Assembly: GCA_002633005.1 (NCBI GenBank) | Contig: NMRA01000112.1 | Location: 488,437-552,436, forward strand | Length of the DNA stretch: 64,000 nt | Direction of reading: 5' to 3' | From: Phoronis australis | Taxonomy: Eukaryota; Animalia; Phoronida | Shown here: piece by piece, positions 1 to 9,913 of the stretch | Numbering within the stretch: position 1 is the first letter of the stretch | Layout: each line of letters starts with the position of its first letter | The notes under the pieces: model-generated | What the model was told of the DNA's origin: nothing | The model's input: only the letters and a program-made list of their open reading frames with translations | Database searches by the model: none | Made by a program: the position numbers and the translations under genes

Positions 1-182
1 TCCACCTACGCAAATCAAGAAACGTAGGACAAAACGGCAAATAGTCTTGCATATCGCAGTTTATCCGTCTACCAGTCCCGATGTTTGATATTGCTTTTTA
101 TTTAACTTGAAGCATTATAAATAAATCGAAAATAAACATATTCGCATTCAAACTCGCGGCATTGTTTTTGTTTTCCATTTAC

Positions 183-429
183 CTAACATGATAAAACGTC
201 TGAAGTTGTGCGGTCATTGTCTTCGGGATCCGCAGCTGTCTCTTCATCCAAAGCTACCGGGACAATTGCAGGCACTGGTTCGAACCTGTAGGGCCCGTTT
301 ATGTTGTCAAGAACACGCTTACGATGGTCGTTGTGCATATCGTCTGTGTCCGACGCTTCATCGTCACAAAAGATTTTCTAAAATTTCCTCGTCGCTGGAA
401 GACTCGTCGCTAAAGCTTTCGTAATCCAT
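183..429 (-). pseudogene. Frameshifted N-terminal relic of a KolX / P2RX7-C-terminal-like (ZCD/nanor-type) transposon accessory gene
   Basis: ATG at 429 reads MDYESFSDESSSDEEILENLL*. Removing one base in the A-run at 368-371 continues as DDEASDTDD...NGPYRFEPVPAIV...DRTTSDVLSC*. An acidic N-terminus plus a PYxFEP motif is typical of this family. The Cys-rich domain is not visible in the window. Confidence 0.45.
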
Positions 430-894
430 GTTGGTTTCTGCCTTGTGTGACTGAGGTTTACCAGCCGAGTTCATTCCTACAACACAGCTGTCTTCCGGAC
501 TCGACATCACAGCCGCTTATGTAACCGCCTAGTCTGTTTTCAGAATTGACTCGGCTGAAGTCGGAGAAGGTCATTACTGCTGGGCTTATCTAATTAATGA
601 CGCTGTGCGGACAGTAACTACCCCAAGTAACGGGACCCTGCAGTGCTATTCTTTGAGTTGAAAAGCAGTTGTTTTGGTGTGAAACTATGTCTTTAAAGTT
701 CACACAACAACGACAGAAGTTTAAAACTAGTGGAACGCAACTTTTTCGTTTATAATTTCCCTTTTCGATGCATTTATAGTAAGTCAGAAGTAGACTGGCA
801 CTGTTCTAGGTTTAATAAGTTTCGTTTTATTGTTCTGTTTGTGTACTTGCAGATAACACTTGATTGACATAACCCATGAGGTCAGGCTAGGTAT

Positions 895-1409
895 GATGTA
901 ATTTGTTTACAATAGAATGGCAGGGAACATTCTAGAAATTTTCTGTATGTTAGTGATTAATGAAGTCTGGAACATGTATATGTTTGTAGAATGATTGGGT
1001 AGATTCCGTAAAGTTCTAGAATGTGCTTGAAGTGTTGAAAAGTTCCAGAACATTGTAAGAGACACGAGTCAATTCAGTTAGAGTTGAAGTTGAATACAGT
1101 TGGATTTCAATGTGAGTTAAACTCAGCTGAACTTATCATTGAGTTGCAATGAAGAGAATCAGTAGTTACAGCGATAGTCAATTAAGAGCCAGCTCTAGAG
1201 ACAGCACGGGATTTTTGAATCAACGAGTGTAACAGTTGTTGAAAGTGTCTCTAAGTCCATCGCAAGTCAAGGCTTCGCCGTACTGGATGGAGTTTAGAAC
1301 AGACGTTTTGTTTGAGTAGGCTTGTGAACGTACACTGTACGGTCGAGATTAATAAAGATATTTACTAGAACCAGTCTTCAGTCCATCGTAGTAGCACATG
1401 TCGGTAACA
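895..1409 (+). mobile_element. Putative solo LTR (Gypsy/BEL-like)
   Basis: About 515 bp with TG...ACA ends (ends gtcggtaaca), repeated ttctagaa-type motifs, an agttg-rich segment and AATAAA at 1351, about 55 bp from the end. No clean TSD found, so the left boundary is uncertain. Confidence 0.4.
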
Positions 1410-3844
1410 ACCTGCTCTCACCCTTACATGGAGAAAAACGTAACATAGTAGTAGCAAACAACTTACATATATTCTTTGATGCTGACATTTTTGTTGGGCA
1501 ATAGACGTCATTGGTTTGTGACGCCTAAAATTCATGACGTACATTGAACGTATTAGCTGACACATAAATTTACTAGTAAGTTGATGACTTTCGAAAAGAT
1601 GTGATTTTGTATTTAACGTGGCTTGTCAACTGAATGTACCATACTATACTGATATCTATTAACAAAGTAACATCTGCAGCACGGAGACATTTATGTGATA
1701 AGTATTTCTACAAACATGGCACAACTGAGATGGAAAGCGGCTGCCATTGAATACTCAAAAGAACAGAAGCTGACGTTGAATCGAAGGAAATTGGAGGCTG
1801 GTTAGCTCTGCTATCTTGCGGAGGCATCCTCCTAAAGGCAGGGAAACATTACAAGCAAATCGATGGCTAAGTTCCGAGCATACTCACGAAGCACTTCTCT
1901 TTCACTCACGTGATTTTGCTTAGTCTTGTGCGATCTCGCTTTTCTTGCAAGAAACTTTGTACGTAAATTGCTCTCCTTACCATCCAACCTCAATTAGATT
2001 TTTTATTTCTTTGCCTAGTGACATATCGAACACAATTCCAGGCTTGATAGACCAGATTACTACCACATCAACTGATATTCATTCAGACGTCCATGAGATC
2101 TATTCAAACAGATAACTGCTTGACATTCAAAGTTGCAGTGGTTTGGTGAAATATGCCACTGCACAACTGATGACGAGAAAACTATCTTCACGCGATTTAA
2201 GTGTAGTTTTGTGTTGCAAATAATAAGAATTCTGGGGGTGTTGATAAGATCGCGTTTCCAGAAATCACATGTAGTGTTGTCACCCATGTTTGCACCAACT
2301 ATTTGCATGCCATTGGTTGTTACTCAAATTCGAAGTCTAATTAGGTAATCACACCTGATGCTTATATAGGAAAGCAAGCACTGTCGAAATGATAGTGAAG
2401 TACGCGAAATTGTTTATTGTGGCGTATATTCCTGGGTATTTATTTAGGGGTCGCGAGGTTTACTACTTGGATATATTGTGTACCGGACGCACCCTCTCCT
2501 CGTTTGTTCTCCATATGCATATTACAACGTTTTATTGCAAGAAAACCCTAGCGATTTTTAATCATTCTTTACGCGTATTTTCGCAACCAATGTTTTTGGG
2601 TCAAAGATTGTCGAATGTCACTCTGTCTGCGTGTTCCCGCCCTCTGATTGGTTTGATTGTCGTGACGGAACCACCCATGCTCACTACTATTCATTTTCTC
2701 TGGAACTAATGTGGTTCGAGATCTAACTGTTTAGGGAGGGGTATCTAATGCCAGGGTAATGCGTCATTGGACATCATCCCTGAGCCTTAGTGAAAACATG
2801 ACGGCCAAAATAAGTTTACGAGCCAAGTCGGCACCTGAAGGTCACCGACGAAACTTCCGGGAAAGAGGGAGGCCACTCATCCCTTAGTCTTGGTGAAAAT
2901 GAAAGTAAAATAAGATTTACGGTATTCGTGTACGAAAATAGAAGACAGTGCTTTTATGGAAAAGCTCGGAACAATTGTTGAAGTGTTGTCTGAGATAAAT
3001 TGTCGAAATTCTTTTTAATTTTGCATTTGAAGCTATAAGCAAAGTGTCCTGCGGTTTGAGCATAAAGATTTAAAGGCCCGATGTACGCGATTAAGCTATT
3101 TTAAGATGAGTTTAAAAACTTATCATCTTTCAACCCGCAAAGAAATTTTGTTGTGTCAAGATTTTTACATGCGTGAAACCCTTGTAACGAAATATTGCCT
3201 TCAGTGAAAATTCAAGGAAAACATTGAAGACGGTATGCCATCGCACCTGTACGCCACAACAAACCTTATTTTCTGAGGCTTAAATGCATGTTTCAAAGGA
3301 TATACAGCACGATCAGACTACATCACAACACCGCTCACGCACTCATCATGAACGCAGCTCAACGGCTTGTAGTTCACTATCAATCGCAGAAACGGCACAG
3401 CAGCCACAAAACACGGCTTACGTACTCGAATAGCCCTGCTTCCGGATGGCACTTGTATGTGCGACTCACGGACTCTTTATTGAGTCATGCACGTGACTGG
3501 TAGTTCTGAAAGTTAGTAAGTTGTGTTTTGAGGTGCGTACGAAGCCGTGTTTTATTAGTGATGGACCGTGTTTGTGAGTCTGTGAACTAGGTTTACAGGT
3601 ATTAGAAGCACACCGGTGAATGCACGAGCCGTGTTGTTGGAGGTAACCAGATGATTGTGGGTAAACTCATCCGATTCACTGTCCACAGATTGATGGAATC
3701 AAGCACAAAAGTAAAAGCATGCACAAGTAAGTCACCTGAGCCCCTTTTATTAAGAGTCAAGCGTTCTGTTGTAGCTAAGTCGATGCGCGTACTGTAGGAA
3801 TGTTACTGCAAACATGACGCCATGTTTTTTGTTGAAGTCCGATA

Positions 3845-4158
3845 ATACCATTACTACTTGAACCTGGTCTGCTGAACTGTATTTGTCTAGATTCCTACTA
3901 AATTCTGTGAGACGTCTCATCTCCTTCAATTGGATGATATTAACGACTAGTGGTGAGATCTCGTTTGTCTGATGACATTGTCAATACTCTCGTTCCATGC
4001 AGACGACAATTTACATCTGCCGCCACCTAGCTTGAGCGGAGCCCCCCCCCCCCCACTATTAGACAACATCATCTCATAGAAGAAGACGAGAGGTCTCAGA
4101 GGATTTAGGAATCTAGGTTAATACAGTCCAACAAACCAGGTTCATGTTGTAATAGTAA
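3845..4158. mobile_element. Degenerate MITE-like inverted repeat
   Basis: Arm 3845-3955 (ccattactacttgaacctggtctgctgaactgtatt...ctagattcct) is an imperfect reverse complement of 4053-4158 (aggaatctag...aatacagtccaacaaaccaggttcatgttgtaatag). Confidence 0.7.
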
Positions 4159-4401
4159 AAATTTCCTGGAGGAATCAAAACTTACATTTTAGTCCGAAAG
4201 TATTCTGAGCTGGTATTTTTTCATATTTAAACTTAACACCTGCCATCTCGAACCAGTTTAATGCTGGAACCCTTTGCAAAATCAAAATTCAAGTTACGAC
4301 CGTCTTAGCTAAGGCCGGAATCACGATCTTTGTTAAAACGGCTCCCAGGTTCATTCTTATAACAGTGTCTAGGGAACCTATTCAAATGGGTTTCACAAGA
4401 T

Positions 4402-4407
4402 TTTATT
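4402..4407 (-). terminator. Candidate polyadenylation signal of the peptide-precursor gene
   Basis: First AATAAA I found on the minus strand downstream of the stop codon at 5085 (about 680 nt of 3'UTR). Confidence 0.3.
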
Positions 4408-5084
4408 CCGCTGTCATTCCATTACAACACGGATAAAGGGTCTTAAATGCAATCTCTGGACATCCCCACTGCAGGGATATTGAGCTCATACGAAGTACTG
4501 TCAAGAGAAAAATCATCACGATCACTTGGAAGGAAATGTTCACGTAGGCATAGCTCTGTTTTGGTCAGCGCTCCAACTGTCCTCTGTTTTCGTTTCGTCT
4601 GCAAATTCTTCACAACAGAACAGGGAATTGTTTAACAAGTGCAGTTTCAACAAAATATCTAATATTTGCATTCTGCTACTTTTAGCCTTGATGTGTGGTA
4701 GTTTTGTCAAGAGAGGAGTTCATTAAATCGTGCAAAACTCGACGCGGCTAATAAAACATGGCTTGATCTAAGTTGTAATTGGTGCCTTGTGCCAGACCGC
4801 CTCACACCAAACCTTCCATTCTCCTGCCTGGACAAGCAAACAACAGAGAGAAACAGACGATGAAACGAAAGTGCAAGTCATGATCAGTTCATTTTTTTGT
4901 CAAGCGTTGCCAGACAACTCCAGTTTGAGTTTTTCGCCATCATCAAATAAATGTGTTTGAACTGTCCTTGTTCTTTCAGTGTTCAATTGTCTCAGTGTAC
5001 ATGTCTTCAACGAGAAGAGGCGAAAATTCTCTCGGGCTACTTCTAAAACTGGTGAGCAGTTATCACTTCCGAAATACGTCTGGT

Positions 5085-5247
5085 TTACTGTGTCGTTGAA
5101 TAAGTTTCAACTAGTTCATCTAACTGTTTCATCAAGCGTTCGTGCTGTTCGTTGTCCACTTCCGTTTTCAAATAGGAAAGAATGTCCGCCATGTCTGCCA
5201 ACACTTTGTCGTCATCAGACATTTCTTCTGTTGATCTTTTGTCGGTC
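5085..5247 (-). CDS. Peptide precursor, terminal coding exon 7 (KR site plus acidic C-terminal spacer)
   Basis: Acceptor catttacactccag|g, phase 2; reads (K)TDKRSTEEMSDDDKVLADMADILSYLKTEVDNEQHERLMKQLDELVETYSTTQ*. Confidence 0.85.
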
Positions 5248-5341
5248 CTGGAGTGTAAATGAATGAAATGTGCAGACAAATAATAATTTAGTATTCGGAA
5301 ATGATCGGTAAAACAAGGGATGACTATATTAAAATAAAATT

Positions 5342-6279
5342 TCAGGACATGGTGTAATCGTAATACTGACCGAGGTCAATTCGGTAGGAGAAATAACACG
5401 GGCCTCCCACACTACCATGTACGCAGATGACTTACTTGTTTCGATTATTTCTAAACATTCCTGAGCCAATGCCAAGGGAAGCAAGGCGTTGTCTACGGCT
5501 AGTTTCTGACGGTATGACGTATGACGGCAGAAACGAGGCCACGCGCTTGACTGGCGAGAGAATGTCACTGGAAATTAAATACAATGATGGAAAACACGTT
5601 AGTGACCTGGTCAACTGTTCCAATTTGAAACTATTTTAAACTAACATAGTGACAGAATTCCGGACAGCTTTGAATTCTAGCCATGTCCAACACGAACGTA
5701 CATGACATTGGCAAACAGTACAGTTTGTTTTGTAAATAGTATTGGCCATTTTTAAAGCCTAACTTCAACGGAATTTTGTTATTTTAGATGTATTGGGCTA
5801 ACAAAATAGTCCTAGCAAAGCCTTAGTAAAATAAGAAAACGAGAGTTCAATCACGCAAATGTAAGCCTGTCAAATGATAAGTGAAGCTGCCTTTTCGTGT
5901 CATGTTGCGTCAGCGCGAAATCCCAGCACACACAACAAAAGGTTGTATATTGAATAGGGGTCTGAATAGAACACCATTGCGTGTGCGGGTGCTATTCGCC
6001 GCTGTTTGAATTAAAGGGTGATTCTCGCGGTGATGTAGACAAAAGCAAGCCAATGCGCCTAACAGTTCGTTACATATTTGGCAATTTATGACACTAGTGG
6101 GCCCAGAGCGATGGTCTTAACATAGTGTAGGAACCAAATTTACAGGTGTTACCGTTGAATATAGGCTTTAAAACTGCCATGAATTGGCTTCTGAGCATGT
6201 TAGTGTTCCGCCTGGTAAGACAATTAAGTATTCACTTTGAGGTGGTCAGTGCTACCGGGTAGCGTCATGCTTAATATTG
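5342..6279 (+). repeat. Near-identical duplicate of 7129-8071 across an assembly gap (probable second haplotype)
   Basis: Colinear with scattered SNPs and one 5-bp indel; both copies abut the N-run 6280-7128. Confidence 0.9.
5436..5567 (-). CDS. Peptide precursor, coding exon 6, duplicate copy (peptide 3)
   Basis: Identical to 7223-7354 except one synonymous change (Gly ggc/gga, 5471 vs 7258); both splice sites intact. Confidence 0.75.
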
Positions 6280-7222
6280 NNNNNNNNNNNNNNNNNNNNN
6301 NNNNNNNNNNNNNNNNNNNNNNNNNNNNNNNNNNNNNNNNNNNNNNNNNNNNNNNNNNNNNNNNNNNNNNNNNNNNNNNNNNNNNNNNNNNNNNNNNNNN
6401 NNNNNNNNNNNNNNNNNNNNNNNNNNNNNNNNNNNNNNNNNNNNNNNNNNNNNNNNNNNNNNNNNNNNNNNNNNNNNNNNNNNNNNNNNNNNNNNNNNNN
6501 NNNNNNNNNNNNNNNNNNNNNNNNNNNNNNNNNNNNNNNNNNNNNNNNNNNNNNNNNNNNNNNNNNNNNNNNNNNNNNNNNNNNNNNNNNNNNNNNNNNN
6601 NNNNNNNNNNNNNNNNNNNNNNNNNNNNNNNNNNNNNNNNNNNNNNNNNNNNNNNNNNNNNNNNNNNNNNNNNNNNNNNNNNNNNNNNNNNNNNNNNNNN
6701 NNNNNNNNNNNNNNNNNNNNNNNNNNNNNNNNNNNNNNNNNNNNNNNNNNNNNNNNNNNNNNNNNNNNNNNNNNNNNNNNNNNNNNNNNNNNNNNNNNNN
6801 NNNNNNNNNNNNNNNNNNNNNNNNNNNNNNNNNNNNNNNNNNNNNNNNNNNNNNNNNNNNNNNNNNNNNNNNNNNNNNNNNNNNNNNNNNNNNNNNNNNN
6901 NNNNNNNNNNNNNNNNNNNNNNNNNNNNNNNNNNNNNNNNNNNNNNNNNNNNNNNNNNNNNNNNNNNNNNNNNNNNNNNNNNNNNNNNNNNNNNNNNNNN
7001 NNNNNNNNNNNNNNNNNNNNNNNNNNNNNNNNNNNNNNNNNNNNNNNNNNNNNNNNNNNNNNNNNNNNNNNNNNNNNNNNNNNNNNNNNNNNNNNNNNNN
7101 NNNNNNNNNNNNNNNNNNNNNNNNNNNNTCAGGACATGGTGTAATCGTAATACTGACCGAGGTCAATTCGGTAGGAGAAATAACACGGGCCTCCCACACT
7201 ACCATGTACGCAGATGACTTAC

Positions 7223-7354
7223 TTGTTTCGATTATTTCTAAACATTCCTGAGCCAATTCCAAGGGAAGCAAGGCGTTGTCTACGGCTAGTTTCTGACGGT
7301 ATGACGTATGACGGCAGAAACGAGGCCACGCGCTTGACTGGCGAGAGAATGTCA
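7223..7354 (-). CDS. Peptide precursor, coding exon 6 (peptide 3)
   Basis: tttaatttccag|t ... aa|gtaagt, 132 nt, phase 2-2; (S)DILSPVKRVASFLPSYVIPSETSRRQRLASLGIGSGMFRNNRN(K). Confidence 0.85.
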
Positions 7355-8741
7355 CTGGAAATTAAATACAATGATGGAAAACACGTTAGTGACATGGTCA
7401 ACTGTTCCAATTTGAAACTGTTTTACACTAGCATAGTGACAGAATTCCGGACAGCTTTGAATTCTAGCCATGTCCAACACGAACATACATGACATTGGCA
7501 AACAGTACAGTTTGTTTTGTAAATAGTATTGGCCATTTTTAAAGCCTAACTTTAACGGAATTTTGTTATTTTAGATGTATTGGGCTAACAAAATAGTCCT
7601 AGCAAAGCCTTAGTAAAATAAGAAAACGAGAGTTCAATCAGGCAAATGTAAGCCTGTCAAATGATAAGTGAAGATGCCTTTTCGTGTCATTTTGAGTCAG
7701 CGCGAAATCCCAGCACACACAACAAAAGGTTGTATATTGAATAGTGGTCTGAATAGAACACCATTGCGTGTGCGGGTGCTATTCGCCGTTATTTGAATTA
7801 AAGGGTGATTCTCGCGGCGATGTAGACAAAAGCAAGCCAATGCGCCTTAAATTACAGTTCGTTACATATTTGGCAATTTATGGCACTAGTGGGCCCAGAG
7901 CGATGGTCTTAACATACTGTAGGAACCAAATTTACAGGTGTTACCGTTGAATATAGGCTTTAAAACTGCCATGAATTGGCTTCTGAGCATGTTAGTGTTC
8001 CGCCTGGTAAGACAATTAAGTATTCACTTTCAGGTGGTCAGTGCTACCGGGTAGCGTCATGCTTAATATTGTCGAAAGCATTAATAAGCTTAATGAATTA
8101 AAGTGCAGGGGGCATATTGTTCTTTGAAAATCGTCCTTTCCAGTCTAGTCAACAGATGACGTGTAGCGGTATCCATAAAGAAACCATGTTATAGGGTTTG
8201 AAGATTCAGCCAACAGGCACCGTAACGTGTTCTTCCCTGGTTTAGGGGTGAATACTACCCTGCTTTCTGCCCATGTTTTGAGGATGCAAACTAGTCGAAG
8301 ACTGGCTTGTAAATGGCTGTACATGCATAAAATGATGACACCTCAGCCTCATGCAGCGTTATATGTTTAGATGACGTCTAGTCCCAGGGACTCCCATTGC
8401 TAAAGTCAACTTCACAAAGTATGGTGTGGCTTTGCCTTGCAACACTACTATGGCTCACACTCCACGCGGGATTACGTCACTTCAGAACTTTACGAGAAAG
8501 TTGCACGCTATTAGGATAGTGCTTCACCATTGGCACCTCCAGTCTGTTTTCTCGGGAGTGGGAGTGGATTGACCTCAAGTTAGAGCGCTTCTTTGCTGAC
8601 AGACGTTCCTCCAGGAATTATGCTTAGCTTTACGCGTAGTGGACTTTAACAAACAATAACCAAGATGATGATATGCATCCCAAGAACGACTATATGTAGA
8701 TAATCAAATAATTTGCCGATACAAACTTGTTGCAACCATAC

Positions 8742-8834
8742 CTGGTGGTTCTTTTTCCCGGATATCCAGATGACCCTATTCCAAGGGATGTCATGCCAAC
8801 TCGCTGACCGGACGGAAGACTGTAGTAAGGAAAT
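8742..8834 (-). CDS. Peptide precursor, coding exon 5 (peptide 2, predicted Pro-amide)
   Basis: cctcctttttccag|a ... ag|gtatgg, 93 nt, phase 2-2; (G)FPYYSLPSGQRVGMTSLGIGSSGYPGKRTT(S). Confidence 0.88.
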
Positions 8835-9049
8835 CTGGAAAAAGGAGGTCTTGGTGAATTTAACTGCGCTTCTCGAAGGACGAAATAGCGGAAATAAATG
8901 ACACGGACTTATTGGTTTTATTGGTACATACTGTACACATTACGTATCAAAAGTTATCAATGCTTATTCAACGAAAGCAATTATTTGTTGTTTTGTAACG
9001 TGATGTGATATTACCAAACATGGCCAAATTGCTACCGACTATCACTTAC

Positions 9050-9175
9050 CCTGCAGTGCGTTTGCCGGCACGGAATGACATGGGAATTGCGCGAGTGCCA
9101 GCGAGGCCAAGAGAGGCGAAACCCCGACTTCTAGCACCAGATGGCAGTATGTAAAATGGAAGCGAAAACGTCTTT
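9050..9175 (-). CDS. Peptide precursor, coding exon 4 (peptide 1, predicted amidated)
   Basis: tgtactcattgcag|a ... gg|gtaagt, 126 nt, phase 2-2; KTFSLPFYILPSGARSRGFASLGLAGTRAIPMSFRAGKRTA(G). Confidence 0.88.
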
Positions 9176-9618
9176 CTGCAATGAGTACAATGACAACGTG
9201 TAATAGGTGGTGTCCATAAAACTTACGCATGTTTTAAAATGATTACCGATGACTGTCATTCATTAGCATTAATATTTTGGGGTAAAGATGCTAATTGTAA
9301 CCATGTCTTCACATATGTTAAGATAACCAAACAAAATGTACAAATCTGCCACGAACTAGGCGGCGAACAGCGAGGGATATTTGATGTCTTTGCTTATGTT
9401 CGCTCCGGCAAACAGCACACTTCTGTTAGTTATAACTGGATTGTGATGGCAGATCACGTGATGCGTTGAGCAGCACAACTTGTCATCGAAAGACGGGTTG
9501 TTTACGTTTCATAAATTCACTTAAACAGACTTTTCGATGTCGTTAACTTGACGCAATGTTTCGTGACAGGTAAAACTAAATGAACAACGTCAAACAGGCA
9601 GAAAACAATGCCACTCAC

Positions 9619-9729
9619 GTCATTGATAACCTGATGTATTTGAAATAGAATTCGCTGATTGTGGCTGCTGTTGACGGCGGTGATGATGGTTGTCCATAGG
9701 AGAATACATGACTTGCAAAGAGATTACCT
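9619..9729 (-). CDS. Peptide precursor, coding exon 3
   Basis: tgttttcgtacattag|a ... ac|gtgagt, 111 nt, open only in phase 2; GNLFASHVFSYGQPSSPPSTAATISEFYFKYIRLSM(T). Confidence 0.75.
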
Positions 9730-9823
9730 CTAATGTACGAAAACAAACAGCTTAAAGATGAGAGGTGCGCCTTAAAATTGTGAAAAAAGGGGAAAAACAT
9801 GGTGCTTAATGATGCCAACTTAC

Positions 9824-9913
9824 GGTTTTCCCGTGTCTGTGAAATGTTCTTTTTCTTCTTTAAAGCCCTTGCCGTCCTCTGTGAGTTTGTCTGTGTTAGC
9901 ATCGTTAATATTT
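9824..9913 (-). CDS. Peptide precursor, coding exon 2 (charged propeptide)
   Basis: ctgttttgcaatttcag|a ... cc|gtaagt, 90 nt, phase 2-2; NINDANTDKLTEDGKGFKEEKEHFTDTGK(P). Confidence 0.78.

Noticed and set aside
6237-7355. Long ORFs of 324-367 aa
   Set aside because: They consist of N-run translations (X) and are gap artefacts.
7884-8003. Minus-strand acceptor-like site within the precursor intron
   Set aside because: No peptide motif and no convincing phase-2 donor before a stop.
9042-9230. Track ORF with a hydrophobic stretch (LLASLALAQ) over peptide exon 4
   Set aside because: This phase-1 reading hits a stop in the next exon; the phase-2 frame is the one homologous to the other peptide exons.
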